From Macrostomum hystrix (Eukaryota; Animalia; Platyhelminthes): a stretch of 64,000 nucleotides of DNA. Within the stretch, counting starts at the first letter, position 1; each line of letters begins with the position of its first letter. Below the pieces are notes generated by a model. It had not been told where the DNA came from. It saw only the letters and a program-made list of their open reading frames with translations, and made no database searches. Positions 10,982-24,340 of this stretch are shown here, piece after piece. The position numbers and the translations under genes were made by a program. Location of the stretch: assembly GCA_950097015.1 (NCBI GenBank), contig CATNEN010000038.1, positions 2,046,001 to 2,110,000 on the forward strand, read 5' to 3'.

Positions 10982-13900
10982 CTAATCAAAGGTGAGCTCA
11001 CGACTCTCCTTAGTTTGTTTACCTCTCAAGCAGCAACCTCTCTTAAGAAATGGCCTTCTCCTTCGCTCGGACTGAAATCAACAGTTACAAAAGACGATAA
11101 ATTCAATAAAAGCAATGCTCAAAACGTGTAATATTTCAAAGAGGGCGGCGACTGGCGAAAAGCCAAGTACTCTCACTAAAATTTGTTCACTTTTTATTAA
11201 TTACGTCAGTTTCCTACACTTAATATGATTAAAGCAGCAAACACACACTGCCATGGCTACTAAGCAAGATAATGAAAATATTCGGTAAATAGTACTCAAT
11301 AATATAAGTAGTATGAATGCAACATTATCCTAAATAATCAAGCGAATGAAAAATCACGGCAACACGAGAGTATATGATTGACGCATGCTAATGGTAATAA
11401 TAATAGCAGTATTAATAATAAAAATATAATTCAGAAATAACTACTAGTAATGAGCACACAAACAGCCTGGCAGTCCTTCATTGCTCTCCAAAAACACATT
11501 TTCGCTTTGTTTCAAACACACTCGGCCAAAATGTTGTAGATAAAGTCGATTATTTCCACACAATTGGCAAATATACGAATGAGGAGAATAGTGGGAGGCT
11601 AAGGCGAGTGTGGGGAATAACACACCTCTTCACACGCAATCTAAATTAATTTCCATTCAGACACTAATTAGCAACTCGTTTGCCGCTGCCACAGCACAAA
11701 TTGTCTGAATTGAAATGCTGATAGTAATTCCAGTATGTTAAAAATAATTGTTCCAAATTGGATGCGAAAGGGTGCATTGTGCTGATTCAAAACTAAGCTT
11801 ACACAACGTACAACAGATGTAAAAAATAACAGCAAAAATTAATCTGAGTAGAAAAGAAAGCATACAGAAGCTGAATGACCTTCCATATCGGGACTGATAT
11901 TCGATCAGCTTAACTGGCCCTTTCAAATAGAAAACACTGGCAAAAACTGTTTTAATTACTTTGAATCGAAAAAATATCATTTTATATACGAATACATGTA
12001 GCCTCACTATGCTACTAAGTAGTGGCAGTAGTAACAAGCGAATAAATAGTCAATAGAAAAGGAAAAAACACAAAGAAACGTATATTGAAAAAATAGCAGG
12101 ACAAACAGCTAGAAAACAGAGAAGTACGAGAACTAGCTAATAAACAGGCTTGATTTTCTACCGGGCAAATCTTTCATTATCAAACAGATTTTATTAAAAT
12201 AATTTTTGGTTTTAGACCGTTAAGACCCATCATAATCAAACACAGGTGAATGATTAATAGTGACTCCCGCACTGTTTGGGAAGAGTGGAAGAGAGCGGAC
12301 AGATAACAAAACTTCAGAACTTACTCTTCTAAAAGTGCCAAAGAACCAAAGCGGAAAAACTAACTGGACACACGAAAGTTTGAAAAAATGGCAACAAACA
12401 AAAAAGCCGAAACAAAACAGCGGCACGATTCCTAGACCATCTAGGACTCATCTAAGCATTAGTCACTTTGTGCTCCTTATAACGTCATCATTGTAGCTTT
12501 TTTACAAAACATCAGCTTACTGGTAATGCTTCGCCTTCAGCTGCGACTGGCTGATCCGACTGCTGCTGCTGCTGCTGATCAGCTTGGACAGACTGACTGC
12601 TCTCCAGCTGAAAGGTCATAACTGTGACTGCTTAGTCATAACTAAGTGACCAACACCCCAATAGAATGATCCCATCCCAGTAGAAGAATGAACCCATCCC
12701 AGTAGAGTAATGAACCCATCCCAGTAGAAGAATGAACCCATCCCAGTAGAAGAATGAACCCATCCCAGTGGAAGAATGAACCCATCCCAGTAGAAGAATG
12801 AACCCATCCCAGTAGAGTAATGAACCCATCCCAGTAGAAGAATGATCCCATCCCAGTAGAAGAATGAACCCATCCCAGTAGAGTAATGAACCCATCCCAG
12901 TAGAAGAATGATCCCATCCCAGTAGAAGAATGAACCCATCCCAGTAGAGTAATGAACCCATCCCAGTAGAAGAATGATCCCATCCCAGTAGAAGAATGAA
13001 CCCATCCCAGTAGAAGAATGATCCCATCCCAGTAGAAGAATGAACCCATCCCAGTAGAAGAATGATCCCATCACAGTAGAAGAATGAACCCATCCCAGTA
13101 GAAGAATGAACCCATCCCAGTAGAGTAATGAACCCATCCCAGTAGAAGAATGATCCCATCCCAGTAGAAGAATGAACCCATCCCAGTAGAAGAATGAACC
13201 CATCCCAGTAGAGTAATGAACCCATCCCAGTAGAAGAATGATCCCATCCCAGTAGAAGAATGAACCCATCCCAGTAGAAGAATGATCCCATCCCAGTAGA
13301 AGAATGAACCCATCCCAGTAGAGTAATGAACCCATCCCAGTAGAAGAATGATCCCATCCCAGTAGAAGAATGATCCCATCCCAGTAGAAGAATGATCCCA
13401 TCCCAGTAGAATGATGCCATCCCAGTAGAGTAATGAACCCATCCCAGTAGAAGAATGATCCCATCCCAGTAGAAGAATGAACCCATCCCAGTAGAAGAAT
13501 GATCCCATCCCAGTAGAAGAATGAACCCATCCCAGTAGAAGAATGAACCCATCCCAGTAGAATGATGCCATCCCAGTAGAAGAATGAACCCATCCCAGTA
13601 GAGTAATGAACCCATCCCAGTAGAAGAATGATCCCATCCCAGTAGAAGAATGAACCCATCCCAGTAGAAGAATGATCCCATCCCAGTAGAATGATGCCAT
13701 CCCAGTAGAAGAATGATCCCATCCCAGTAGAAGAATGAACCCATCCCAGTAGAAGAATGAACCCATCCCAGTAGAAGAATGAACCCATCCCAGTAGAAGA
13801 ATGATCCCATCCCAGTAGAAGAATGATCCCACCCGAGTAGAAGAATGAACCCATCCCAATAGAGTAATGAACCCATCCCAGTAGAAGAATGATCCTATCC

Positions 13901-16900
13901 CAGTTGATCGATACCCATCCCAGTAGAAGAATGAACCCATCCCAGTAGAAGAATGATCCCATCCCAGTAGAATGATCCCATCCCAGTAGAAGAATGATCC
14001 CATCCCAGTAGAATGATGCCATCCCAGTAGAAGAATGATCCCATCCCAGTAGAAGAATGAACCCATCCCAGTAGAAGAATGAACCCATCCCAGTAGAATG
14101 ATGCCATCCCAGTAGAAGAATGAACCCATCCCAGTAGAGTAATGAACCCATCCCAGTAGAAGAATGATCCCATCCCAGTAGAAGAATGAACCCATCCCAG
14201 TAGAAGAATGATCCCATCCCAGTAGAAGAATGAACCCATCCCAGTAGAATAATGATCCCATCCCAGTAGAATAATGATCCCACCCGAGTAGAAGAATGAA
14301 CCCATCCCAATAGAGTAATGAACCCATCCCAGTTGATCGATACCCATCCCAGTAGAATGATCCCATCCCAGTAGAAGAATGATCCCATCCCAGTAGAATG
14401 ATCCCATCCCAGTAGAAGAATGATCCCAGCCCAGTAGAATGATGCCATCCCAGTAGAAGAATGAACCCATCCTAGTAGAAGAATGAACCCATCCCAGTAC
14501 AAGAACGATCTCATCCCAATACAAGAATGATCCCATCCCAGTAGAATGATCCCATCCCAGCACAAGAATGATCCCATCCCAGTAGAGTAGAATCGATACC
14601 GATCCCAGTAGAATGATCCCATCCTAGAAGTAGAATGCATGAGTGACACCTGATGTCTACCCGCCTGAGTGGAATGAGTGACACCTGAAGTCTACCCGCC
14701 TGAGTAGAATGAGTGACACCTGAAGTCCTTAGAAAACCATAAATCGAATCGAAAAAAAGTAAAAGAATCAATGAAAATTCAGGATACACCTATTTTATTC
14801 CTCCAACGTGGCTTTAACTAATAGGAAAATTCTAAAACAATCGTTAGTTCAATAACGCACCTGTTGCAGCCGTTCAAACAGTGTCTGAGACTTGGCTCGC
14901 TCTCCGGACAATTCCGCTTCTAGCCGGGATCGATGCTGGAAATATTTAAATAAAGTGAATGAGGTCAAGATAGGGTGTCGCAAGCAGATAGAGTGGTGGG
15001 ACCTGGACAGCTGAGTGAAAGGATTTAATGTAAATGAGATCTAGACAGGGTGAATGGGATTCAGACAGGGTGAATGGGACTTAGAAAGGGTGGATGGGAC
15101 TTAAAAAGGGTGGATGGGACTTAGAAAGGGTGGATGGGACTTAAAAAGGGTGGATGGGACTTAGAAAGGGTGGATGGGACTTAGAAAGGGTGGATGGGAC
15201 TTAGAAAGGGTGGATGGTAGTTAGACAGGGTGAATGGTACTTAGACAGGGTGAATGGTAGTTAGACAGGGTGAATGGTACTTAGACAGGGTGAATGGTAG
15301 TTAGACAGGGTGAATGGTACTTAGAAAGGGTGGATGGGACTTAAAAAGGGTGGATGGGACTTAGAAAGGGTGGATGGGACTTAGAAAGGGTGGATGGGAC
15401 TTAGAAAGGGTGGATGGGACTTAGAAAGGGTGGATGGGACTTAGAAAGGGTGGATGGGACTTAGAAAGGGTGGATGGGACTTAGAAAGGGTGGATGGGAC
15501 TTAGAAAGGGTGGATGGTAGTTAGACAGGGTGAATGGTACTTAGAAAGGGTGGATGGGATCCAGACAGGGTGAATTGGACTTAGAAAGGGTGGATGGGAC
15601 TTAGAAAGGGTGGATGAGACTTAGAAAGGGTGGATGGGACTTAGAAAGGGTGGATGGGACTTAGAAAGGTCGGATGGGATCCAGACAGGGTGAATTGGAC
15701 TTAGAAAGGGTGGATGGGACTTAGAAAGGGTGGATGGGACTTAGAAAGGGTGGATGAGACTTAGAAAGGGTGGATGGGACTTAGAAAGGGTGGATGAGAC
15801 TTAGAAAGGGTGGATGGGACTTAGAAAGGGTGGATGGGACTTAGAAAGGGTGGATGGTAGTTAGACAGGGTGAATGGTACTTAGAAAGGGTGGATGGGAT
15901 CCAGACAGGGTGAATTGGACTTAGAAAGGGTGGATGGGACTTAGAAAGGGTGGATGGGACTTAGAAAGGGTGGATGAGACTTAGAAAGGGTGGATGGGAC
16001 TTAGAAAGGGTGGATGAGACTTAGAAAGGGTGGATGGGACTTAGAAAGGGTGGATGGGACTTAGAAAGGGTGGATGGTAGTTAGACAGGGTGAATGGTAC
16101 TTAGACAGGGTGAATGGTAGTTAGACAGGGTGAATGGTACTTAGACAGGGTGAATGGTACTTAGACAGGGTGAATGGTAGTTAGACAAGGTGAATGGTAG
16201 TTAGACAGGGTGAATGGTACTTAGACAGGGTGAATGGTACTTAGACAGGGTGAATTGGACTTAGAGTGAATGGGATGCAGACAGGGTGGATGGGATCCAG
16301 ACAGGGTGAATTGGACTTAGAGTGAATGGGATGCAGATAGGGTGGATGGGATCCAGACAGGGTGAATTGGACTTAGGGTGAATGGTACTTAGACAGGGTA
16401 AATTGGACTTAGGGTGAATGGGATTCAGACAGGATGAATGGGACTTAGAAAGGGTGGATGGGACTTAAAAAGGGTGGATGGGACTTAGAAAGGGTGGATG
16501 GGACTTAGAAAGGGTGGATGGGACTTAGAAAGGGTGGATGGGACTTAGAAAGGGTGGATGGGACTTAGAAAGGGTGGATGGGACTTAGAAAGGGTGGATG
16601 GGACTTAGAAAGGGTGGATGGGATGCAGACAGGGTGAATGGGGCCTATATAGAATAGATAAAACTTAGATAAATATGTAATGGACCAAACCTCGATGGGC
16701 AAGCTGAGATAGCTAATAAATGGGATATGAGGAGTACAAATGAATAGGAAAAGCACAGCCAGCAAAGCGACTAAAACAGACTGACCTCGCTCTCCTTATC
16801 GCAGTTGCCTTTAGCGGCCTTCAGTTGTTCAGTAAGTCCAGCCAGTTGCTGCTCAAGCTGAAGCAGGTAAAATAAAATGGGAAATATACGAGTAATTGCC

Positions 16901-19900
16901 AGAGCTGGACACTTGTGGATACCAAACCACGCATAAAGACAAAAATGCTCACCGCCTGCTTGACCGGCTCAACGGCATTCAAGGCGGATTTGAACTGCTC
17001 ACACTCGGCCTCGGCGGATTTCAACGCGTTGCGCCACTTGTTCTCCTCCTCTTCAACAGAGTGCTCCAACTTTTTGAGCACAGATTCTGAGTACTCCAAA
17101 GCTGACTTGTGCTTAGCAACCTCCTGCGAGGCGATCGATTCGCGCTCAGCGGCGTTTCGCTCCGCTGCCGACAACTGCTCACGAAGACTGGAGGTTTCCG
17201 CCTGTGATCTGGCAGCTTCCTCCTTGGCGCTGGAAAGTTCCGCCTGTGCTCTGGCAGCTTCCTCCTTGGAATTGGAAAGTTCCGCCTGTGCTCTAGCAGC
17301 TTCCTCCTTGGCGCTGGAAAGTTCCGCCTGTGCTCTGGCAGCTTCCTCCTTGGCGCTGGAAAGTTCCGCCTGTGCTCTGGCAGCTTCCTCCTTGGCGCTG
17401 GAAAGTTCCGCCTGTGCTCTAGCAGCTTCCTCCTTGGAATTGGAAAGTTCCGCCTGTGCTCTAGCAGCTTCCTCCTTGGAATTGGAAAGTTCCGCCTGTG
17501 CTCTAGCAGCTTCCTCCTTGGAATTGGAAAGTTCCGCCTGTGCTCTAGCAGCTTCCTCCTTGGCGCTGGAAAGTTCCGCCTGTGCTCTAGCAGCTTCCTC
17601 CTTGGAATTGGAAAGTTCCGCCTGTGCTCTAGCAGCTTCCTCCTTGGAATTGGAAAGTTCCGCCTGTGCTCTAGCAGCTTCCTCCTTGGAATTGGAAAGT
17701 TCCGCCTGTGCTCTAGCAGCTTCCTCCTTGGCGCTGGAAAGTTCCGCCTGTGCTCTGGCAGCTTCCTCCTTGGCGCTGGAAAGTTCCGCCTGTGCTCTGG
17801 CAGCTTCCTCCTTGGCGCTGGAAAGTTCCGCTTTAACATCGGAAGCTTCCGTCTGGAAGCGAGCAGCTTGAGCAAGAGCAGCTTGTTCATGCTTGGCCCG
17901 CTCGGCTTTGAGCGCCATGAGCTCAGCCTGAATGGCCAGCCTATCGGATTCGGCTTGGCTGGCGCGGTTGTCAGCCTGTCGCAGGGCGTCCTGGAAAATG
18001 CATTAGAAAAAAGCGCGCGAATTTGAAATTTCATATTCAAAGAAAACTAAGCCATAAAGCTAAGACTGAATCTCACAAAAATGTAGCATAAAAATAGTGA
18101 ATAAGCAATGAGTGAACTATTCTTTGCAGAATTAGAATTAAATAAAATAGCGACCCACTAGCTTCTGATAAGGCAGAGGTAAAGAAAAAACACAGATAAA
18201 AATGCAAGATCGTTGAATTGTGCAGACGGCAGACAAACTTAAGCGGTCGATAATTTGCACCAGACCTCATAGAAAGCGGCGTCAGCACAAACGGCGCAAG
18301 TACACGCGAACACAGTGTGCTGCTTGTTCAACACATAAATAAAACCTTAGAAAAATTGTAATTACCCTAAAAGTCATGCCAATGAAACATTTTAAAGTAC
18401 CTTGCAACACATAATGAAAGTAAATATTGGAAGCTTAGTAAGTCTTTATTAGATTAAAAATAAGTTAATACAAGACTTAATTTTTGAGTAGATTTAGCTC
18501 GTATAGCAAATGAAACATCGGAGGACATAGTTAGGTAGTTGCTGGAGCTAGTACTGGAGTAGATGGTAGGGTAGTTTAAAGTAGATAATGGAGTAGAGTG
18601 CGATAGTTTGTGAAGTAGTCACTGTGGTGGCTTGTGAAGTAGTCACTGTGGTGGCTTGTGAAGTAGTCACTGTGGTGGTTTGTGAAGTAGTCACTGTGGT
18701 GGTTTGTGAAGTAGTCACTGTGGTGGTTTGTGAAGTAGTCACTGTGGTGGTTTGTGAAGTAGTCACTGTGGTGGCTTGTGAAGTAGTCACTGTGGTGGTT
18801 TGTGAAGTAGTCACTGTGGTGGTTTGAAGTAGTCACTGTGGTGGCTTGTGAAGTAGTCACTGTGGTGGTTTGTGAAGTAGTCACTGTGGTGGTTTGTGAA
18901 GTAGTCACTGTGGTGGTTTGTGAAGTAGTCACTGTGGTGGTTTGTGAAGTAGATGCTGTGGTGGCTTGTGAAGTAGTCACTGTGGTGGTTTGTGAAGTAG
19001 TCACTGTGGTGGTTTGAAGTAGTCACTGTGGTGGTTTGTGAAGTAGTCACTGTGGTGGTTTGTGAAGTAGTCACTGTGGTGGTTTGTGAAGTAGTCACTG
19101 TGGTGGTTTGTGAAGTAGTCACTGTGGTGGTTTGTGAAGTAGTCACTGTGGTGGTTTGTGAAGTAGTCACTGTGGTGGTTTGTGAAGTAGTCACTGTGGT
19201 GGCTTGTGAAGTAGTCACTGTGGTGGCTTGTGAAGTAGTCACTGTGGTGGTTTGTGAAGTAGTCACTGGTGGTTTGTGAAGTAGTCACTGTGGTGGTTTG
19301 TGAAGTAGTCACTGTGGTGGTTTGTGAAGTAGTCACTGTGGTGGCTTGTGAAGTAGTCACTGTGGTGGTTTGTGAAGTAGTCACTGGTGGTTTGAAGTAG
19401 TCACTGTGGTGGTTTGTGAAGTAGTCACTGTGGTGGTTTGTGAAGTAGTCACTGTGGTGGTTTGAAGTAGTCACTGTGGTGGTTTGTGAAGTAGTCACTG
19501 TGGTGGTTTGTGAAGTAGATGCTGTGGTGGCTTGTGAAGTAGTCACTGTGGTGGTTTGTGAAGTAGTCACTGTGGTGGTTTGAAGTAGTCACTGTGGTGG
19601 TTTGTGAAGTAGTCACTGTGGTGGTTTGTGAAGTAGTCACTGTGGTGGTTTGTGAAGTAGTCACTGTGGTGGTTTGTGAAGTAGTCACTGTGGTGGTTTG
19701 TGAAGTAGTCACTGTGGTGGCTTGTGAAGTAGATGCTGTGGTGGTTTGAAGTAGTCAATGTGGTGGTTTGTGAAGTAGTCACTGTGGTGGTTTGTGAAGT
19801 AGTCACTGTGGTGGTTTGTGAAGTAGTCACTGTGGTGGTTTGAAGTAGTCAATGTGGTGGTTTGTGAAGTAGTCACTGTGGTGGTTTGTGAAGTAGTCAC

Positions 19901-22900
19901 TGTGGTGGTTTGAAGTAGTCACTGTGGTGGTTTGTGAAGTAGTCACTGTGGTGGTTTGTGAAGTAGTCACTGTGGTGGTTTGTGAAGTAGTCACTGTGGT
20001 GGTTTGTGAAGTAGTCACTGTGGTGGTTTGTGAAGTAGTCACTGTGGTGGTTTGTGAAGTAGTCACTGTGGTGGCTTGTGAAGTAGATGCTGTGGTGGCT
20101 TGTGAAGTAGTCACTGTGGTGGTTTGTGAAGTAGTCACTGTTTGTGAAGTAGATACTGTGGTGGTTTGTGAAGTAGTCACTGTGGTGGCTTGTGAAGTAG
20201 ATGCTGTGGTGGTTTGTGAAGTAGTCACTGTGGTGGTTTGTGAAGTAGATACTGTGGTGGTTTGTGAAGTAGTCACTGTGGTGGCTTGTGAAGTAGTCAC
20301 TGTGGTGGTTTGTGAAGTAGTCACATCGGTGGTTTGTGAAATAAATACTGGAGTAGATATTAAGGTAGTTAATGAAATCAGAATTGCATTATGAAAAAAA
20401 TGATATTAAAAAGGACTCAGAATTAAAAATCGCACCTGAATAGTCCAGTTCTTCTCGCGCAGTTCATCATTCTTGGTTCGCAAGGCGGTCAGCTCGTCGG
20501 AGCTGACGCCGGCCCCTTCGCTGACGGTGCAGGCTGACTCCAGAGCAGCGATGCGATTTTCACGATCCACGAGAGCCTGCTGCAGACTGCCAACCTCCTG
20601 GTCCAGCCGGCTCAATCGTTTCAGAGATTCAGTCAGGCGGCACTCGACCTCGCGAGCGGAGCACTTCTCATTGGCTAGATCAAGGCGAACCGATTCCAAC
20701 TCTGACTGACGCCTGGCCAGCTCAGACTCAACCACCTGAGTGGAATAGTGTGACAGCTGTGACATCTGAGTAAGGCTAGCTTCTCCACAGGACTGTGTCA
20801 GTTTTAACACAGTAATACCCTATAATCTGAGGTCATGAATCTAGGATCATCATTCCAGTCTGAGGTCATGAATCTAGGATCATCATTCCAGTCTGAGGTC
20901 ATGAATCTAGGATCATGAGTTCAGTCTGAGGTCATGAATCTAGGATCATCATTCCAGTCTGAGGTCATGAATCTAGGATCATCATTCCAGTCTGAGGTCA
21001 TGAATCTAGGATCATCATTCCAGTCTGAGGTCATGAATCTAGGATCATGAGTTCAGTCTGAGGTCATGAATCTAGGATCATCATTCCAGTCTGAGGTCAT
21101 GAATCTAGGATCATGAGTTCAGTCTGAGGTAATGAATCTAGGATCATCATTCCAGTCTGAGGTCATGAATCTAGGATCATCAGTTCAGTCTGAGGTCATG
21201 AATCTAGGATCATCATTCCAGTCTGAGGTCATGAATCTAGGATCATCAGTCCAGTCGAATGTCTATAAGCCTGCATGATTTCATCAGTGGTAGAAAATGT
21301 CCACTGCAGCGACTTTTACCTCGCAGCGACTCCGCGCCACTTCCAGCTGCTGGGCCGCATTAGAAGCCGATTCCGTGACAGCGGCTCTGGCGACGGAAGC
21401 CTGCAACTCCTGCTGAAGCTGTTCAACGCGTCGTTTAAGCTCATCGCAGGCGGCGCGAGCGGCCTGAGCAGCTTCGGCTTCGCTGCGGAGTCGGCTAACA
21501 TCGCCGGCTAGACGGGCCTCAGACTTTTTCAGCGCATCAGCCAAACGCTGGCGCTCCAATTCCAGCGATTTGTTCTCGGAGATCTTCTTAGTGAACTCCT
21601 GCTGCATCAGGCTGTAGGCGGCGGCCTGCGACTGGTTGCGCTGCAGCTCGGCCTGGGCAGCCTGGGTGTGGGGTGAGGCACAACAGCTGCTTATTGTTAC
21701 TTTCAGGCAGTAGATTACACAGCTCACCATTGCAGATTATTGTTTGTATATAGGCTGATCAGTTTTATATTATACAGATTTGTTTACATTCTGGCGGATC
21801 GGCAAAATATCTGACTAAAGTGGGATCTGAACCGTGTTAATGGCAAGATCGACCTTGCTGACGCATAGACATAGTTGGGTCATAAGCGGATCTACATAGG
21901 GTCTACATTGGCGGATCTGTATAGATAGGTCATAAGCGGATCTATATAGATGGGTCATAAACGGATCTACATGGGTCATAAGCGGATCTATATAGATGGG
22001 TCATAAACGGATCTACATGGGTCATAAGCGGATCTATATAGATGGGTCATAAACGGATCTACATGGGTCATAAGCGGATCTATATAGATAGGTCATAAAC
22101 GGATCTACATGGGTCATAAGCGGATCTATATAGATGGGTCACGAAGGGATTAATAACAAGCTCTTACATGTAATAAGCTATGCATTAAGCATATGCACAG
22201 GTGGGTCAAAAATCATGACTCATGATAAGCTTAAACGTCAGTCCTAAATCTTCTAACCCATTATTTACATAGCCTCTCATGTCTCACACATCAGCCATTG
22301 TATTACATTTAAAAATGATTACATGTTGTAGGCTTATATAAACGTACGTTAGATACACCTCTGTGGGTTTATAATTCACTAATTATATTTTTATCCACAG
22401 CTGATTTTGTAGAAACTTTGGCATCAAATTAGCTCACCTGCAGTTGGCTAAGGGCCTCCTGCAGCCGCTGATGATGCCCGACAGCGTCCTGCTGAGCCCG
22501 CTGACGATCGGCGACAGCCAGCGCCAGCTGCTCCCGTCCGGTGGCGATCTGGCGATCCAGCTGGGCTCGCAGGACCTCGGCCTCCGAGCGTAGAGCGGCA
22601 GCAGTGCTGGGCGTGACACCGCCCAGGCCTTCAATGAGGGCCTCGGTGCGGCAGCCCGTGGCAGTGCTGATTCGGCGCAGAAGGCGCTGCGTCGGCGAGG
22701 CGGGCCGACCGTCCGGCAGGAACTCATCGTCTTCGTTATCGTCAGCGGCTCCGCCATTGTTTAATTCGCTGTTGTTGTGGACGACTGCGGCGGCAAAGGC
22801 GACGCCACCGCCACTTTTTCTAGCGGCTTTGCTGGAACCATGCGACTGCTGCTGCGGCTGCTGTGGATGCGGCGGTGCCTTTGATGTCGGCTTAGCGAAC

Positions 22901-23801
22901 ACTTTGGCAACTTCAGCGTCTTCAGCGGAAGTGAAAGCAGCAACTGGCTCCAAGTCTGTGGCTAGTGGGTGCTGCTGCTGCTTTGACTTTTGACCAGCTT
23001 TCTGGCTCTTTGATTTCTTGCTGGCACCTGAATATACAAGTACAGTATTTTGTTTGCTTTAATAAAAGCAGCATTTGTATTAAGTAATATGAGAATAGAG
23101 AAACACACCAGCGGATAAACTGGCGGACACGGCTGCCGCGGCGGTTTCGTTAACTTCAACCGAGTTGCGCCTGTGCAGATCGAGATCGTCAACCACCGGC
23201 TTCAGGTGCGGATAAACGATGGTCTCTTCAACCACCGGCGAATGCTCGTCCTTGTTCAATAATATGGGCTTCGGTGCGGCACCCTGCGGTCCGGCGGAGC
23301 CAGATTTGCCACTGCTCTGCCTGGAAGTCTTGCGCTTGCGAACCTCCTGCTGCTGCGAGGCGGCTAGGATGGCAGCTGTCGGCTCGTCCGACACTTCGAT
23401 GATCTCGGGCTCCAGCTCGATTTCGACCATCTTGACGCCGCGCTCAGCGTGCTGCTGCTGCTGCTCCGAGCTAGACGCCGCAGGCTGAGGAGCAACGGAG
23501 GCGGTAGCAGCAGCAGCAGCAGCTTTCTTCTGCTTGGCGGCAGCCTTCTTAGCCGCTTTCTTAGCATCCTTATCCTTTGAGCCCCCGCTGCTGCCAGCAG
23601 ATCCGGAGCCAGTGGAGTGCGTGCCCTGGTGGTGATGCTGCGACCCGCTAGGCGGATAATGCAAACCACCCACCGGCTGCTTATCTGTCTGACCATCGGC
23701 TTGGATGCTGCGGAAGATAGCGAACATCAGCAGGCCAACAACCACAGTAAAGACCAGGCCGAATAGAGCCAATTCCAGTCCAGTCATGCCTGAGCCTGAC
23801 A
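10982..23801 (-). CDS. Kinectin / ribosome-binding protein 1 (RRBP1, p180)-like ER membrane coiled-coil protein; exons 23801-23109, 23027-22438, 21661-21320, 20735-20436, 17990-16953, 16857-16786, 14935-14861, 12607-12521 and probably 11071-10982
   Basis: N-terminal TM helix (LALFGLVFTVVVGLLMFAIF) followed by a Lys-rich stretch and long coiled coil. KNDELREKNWTIQ|DAL resembles the KTN1/RRBP1 signature NNDLREKNWxAMEAL. All listed junctions are GT-AG and phase-compatible. The last exon(s) are uncertain. Confidence 0.85.
12655..14635. repeat. 22-bp minisatellite (CCCATCCCAGTAGAAGAATGAW)n with 19-bp variants, kinectin-like intron
   Basis: Visible ~2-kb array; source of the spurious 677/431/414-aa ORFs. 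Confidence 0.96.
15042..16642. repeat. 20-bp minisatellite (GGGACTTAGAAAGGGTGGAT)n, kinectin-like intron
   Basis: Exact 20-bp periodicity visible in register across lines. Confidence 0.96.
17202..17831 (-). repeat. Coding 42-bp tandem repeat, 15 x AELS(SA/NS)KEEAARAQ
   Basis: In frame within exon 17990-16953; a 14-aa unit equals two heptads. Confidence 0.95.
18606..20340. repeat. 24-bp minisatellite (TGTGAAGTAGTCACTGTGGTGGTT)n with 22-bp variants, kinectin-like intron
   Basis: Visible array; frameshifting unit variants argue against mucin-like coding. Confidence 0.96.
20826..21255. repeat. 33-bp minisatellite (TCTGAGGTCATGAATCTAGGATCATCATTCCAG)n, kinectin-like intron
   Basis: About 13 visible units. 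Confidence 0.95.
21876..22141. repeat. Alternating 25/21-bp minisatellite (GGGTCATAARCGGATCTA...), 46-bp higher-order unit
   Basis: Visible alternating units within the kinectin-like intron. Confidence 0.9.
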
Positions 23802-24221
23802 CTGCAAATGTCCATGGGCAAACAAATATTGACTTAATTAAAATATACTTTAATAAAACTGTTTACAGCCCTCACAGAATCGTGACAGTGAATTAGTTAA
23901 CAATTATGACATTTTGAGCATTTAATGTCATATGGCACTGAAGTATTAATGTTTAGTTTCTTATTGCCAAATTGTAGGTAGGGCAAGTTAAAATTAAAAA
24001 GTCATGTTTTTATGTTTTTTAAAGAAATCAATGAAACAATTGCTATTATGAAGGTAAAATTATCTCAGTTGTCTACCCATTTTTCATGTTCTGGACTATT
24101 TTCATCAATTTTATACCTAGTTAGAATTATAAAAACTTTTCTCCTTAACAACAATAATAACTAGACATAAATAGGGCTTTTAAGATTTATTTGGAGACCA
24201 TAACATATAAATAAATGCTTA

Positions 24222-24340
24222 CAAGAGGCACATTATTTAGTGTTGCTAGACCTATAGCCAGCAAGCAGGCAATTCTGCTCATTCTGCTAACTCCTGAAGA
24301 CACATGCACACAGATACTATACACAGGCACACACAGGGTG
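24222..24340 (-). mobile_element. Degenerate 3' fragment of SINE family B (CpG-eroded)
   Basis: Reverse complement aligns by eye to 33440-33560 (GCCTGTGTATAGTATCTGTGTGCATGTG vs GCCTGCGTACAGTATCTGTGTGCGCGTG). Confidence 0.7.

Noticed and set aside
12616-14649. 677-, 431- and 414-aa Trp/Gly-rich ORFs
   Set aside because: Stop-free readings of a 22-bp intronic minisatellite in all three minus frames; they lie between phase-compatible exons.
15042-16642. Telomere-like repeat
   Set aside because: TTAGAAAGGG only superficially resembles TTAGGG; the unit is 20 bp and intronic.
16915-18040. Antisense 318-aa and alternate-frame 339-aa ORFs
   Set aside because: Shadow frames of the 42-bp coding repeat.
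18548-20394. Mucin-like TTSQTTTV ORFs
   Set aside because: 24-bp array broken by 22-bp units that shift frame; intronic to the kinectin-like gene.
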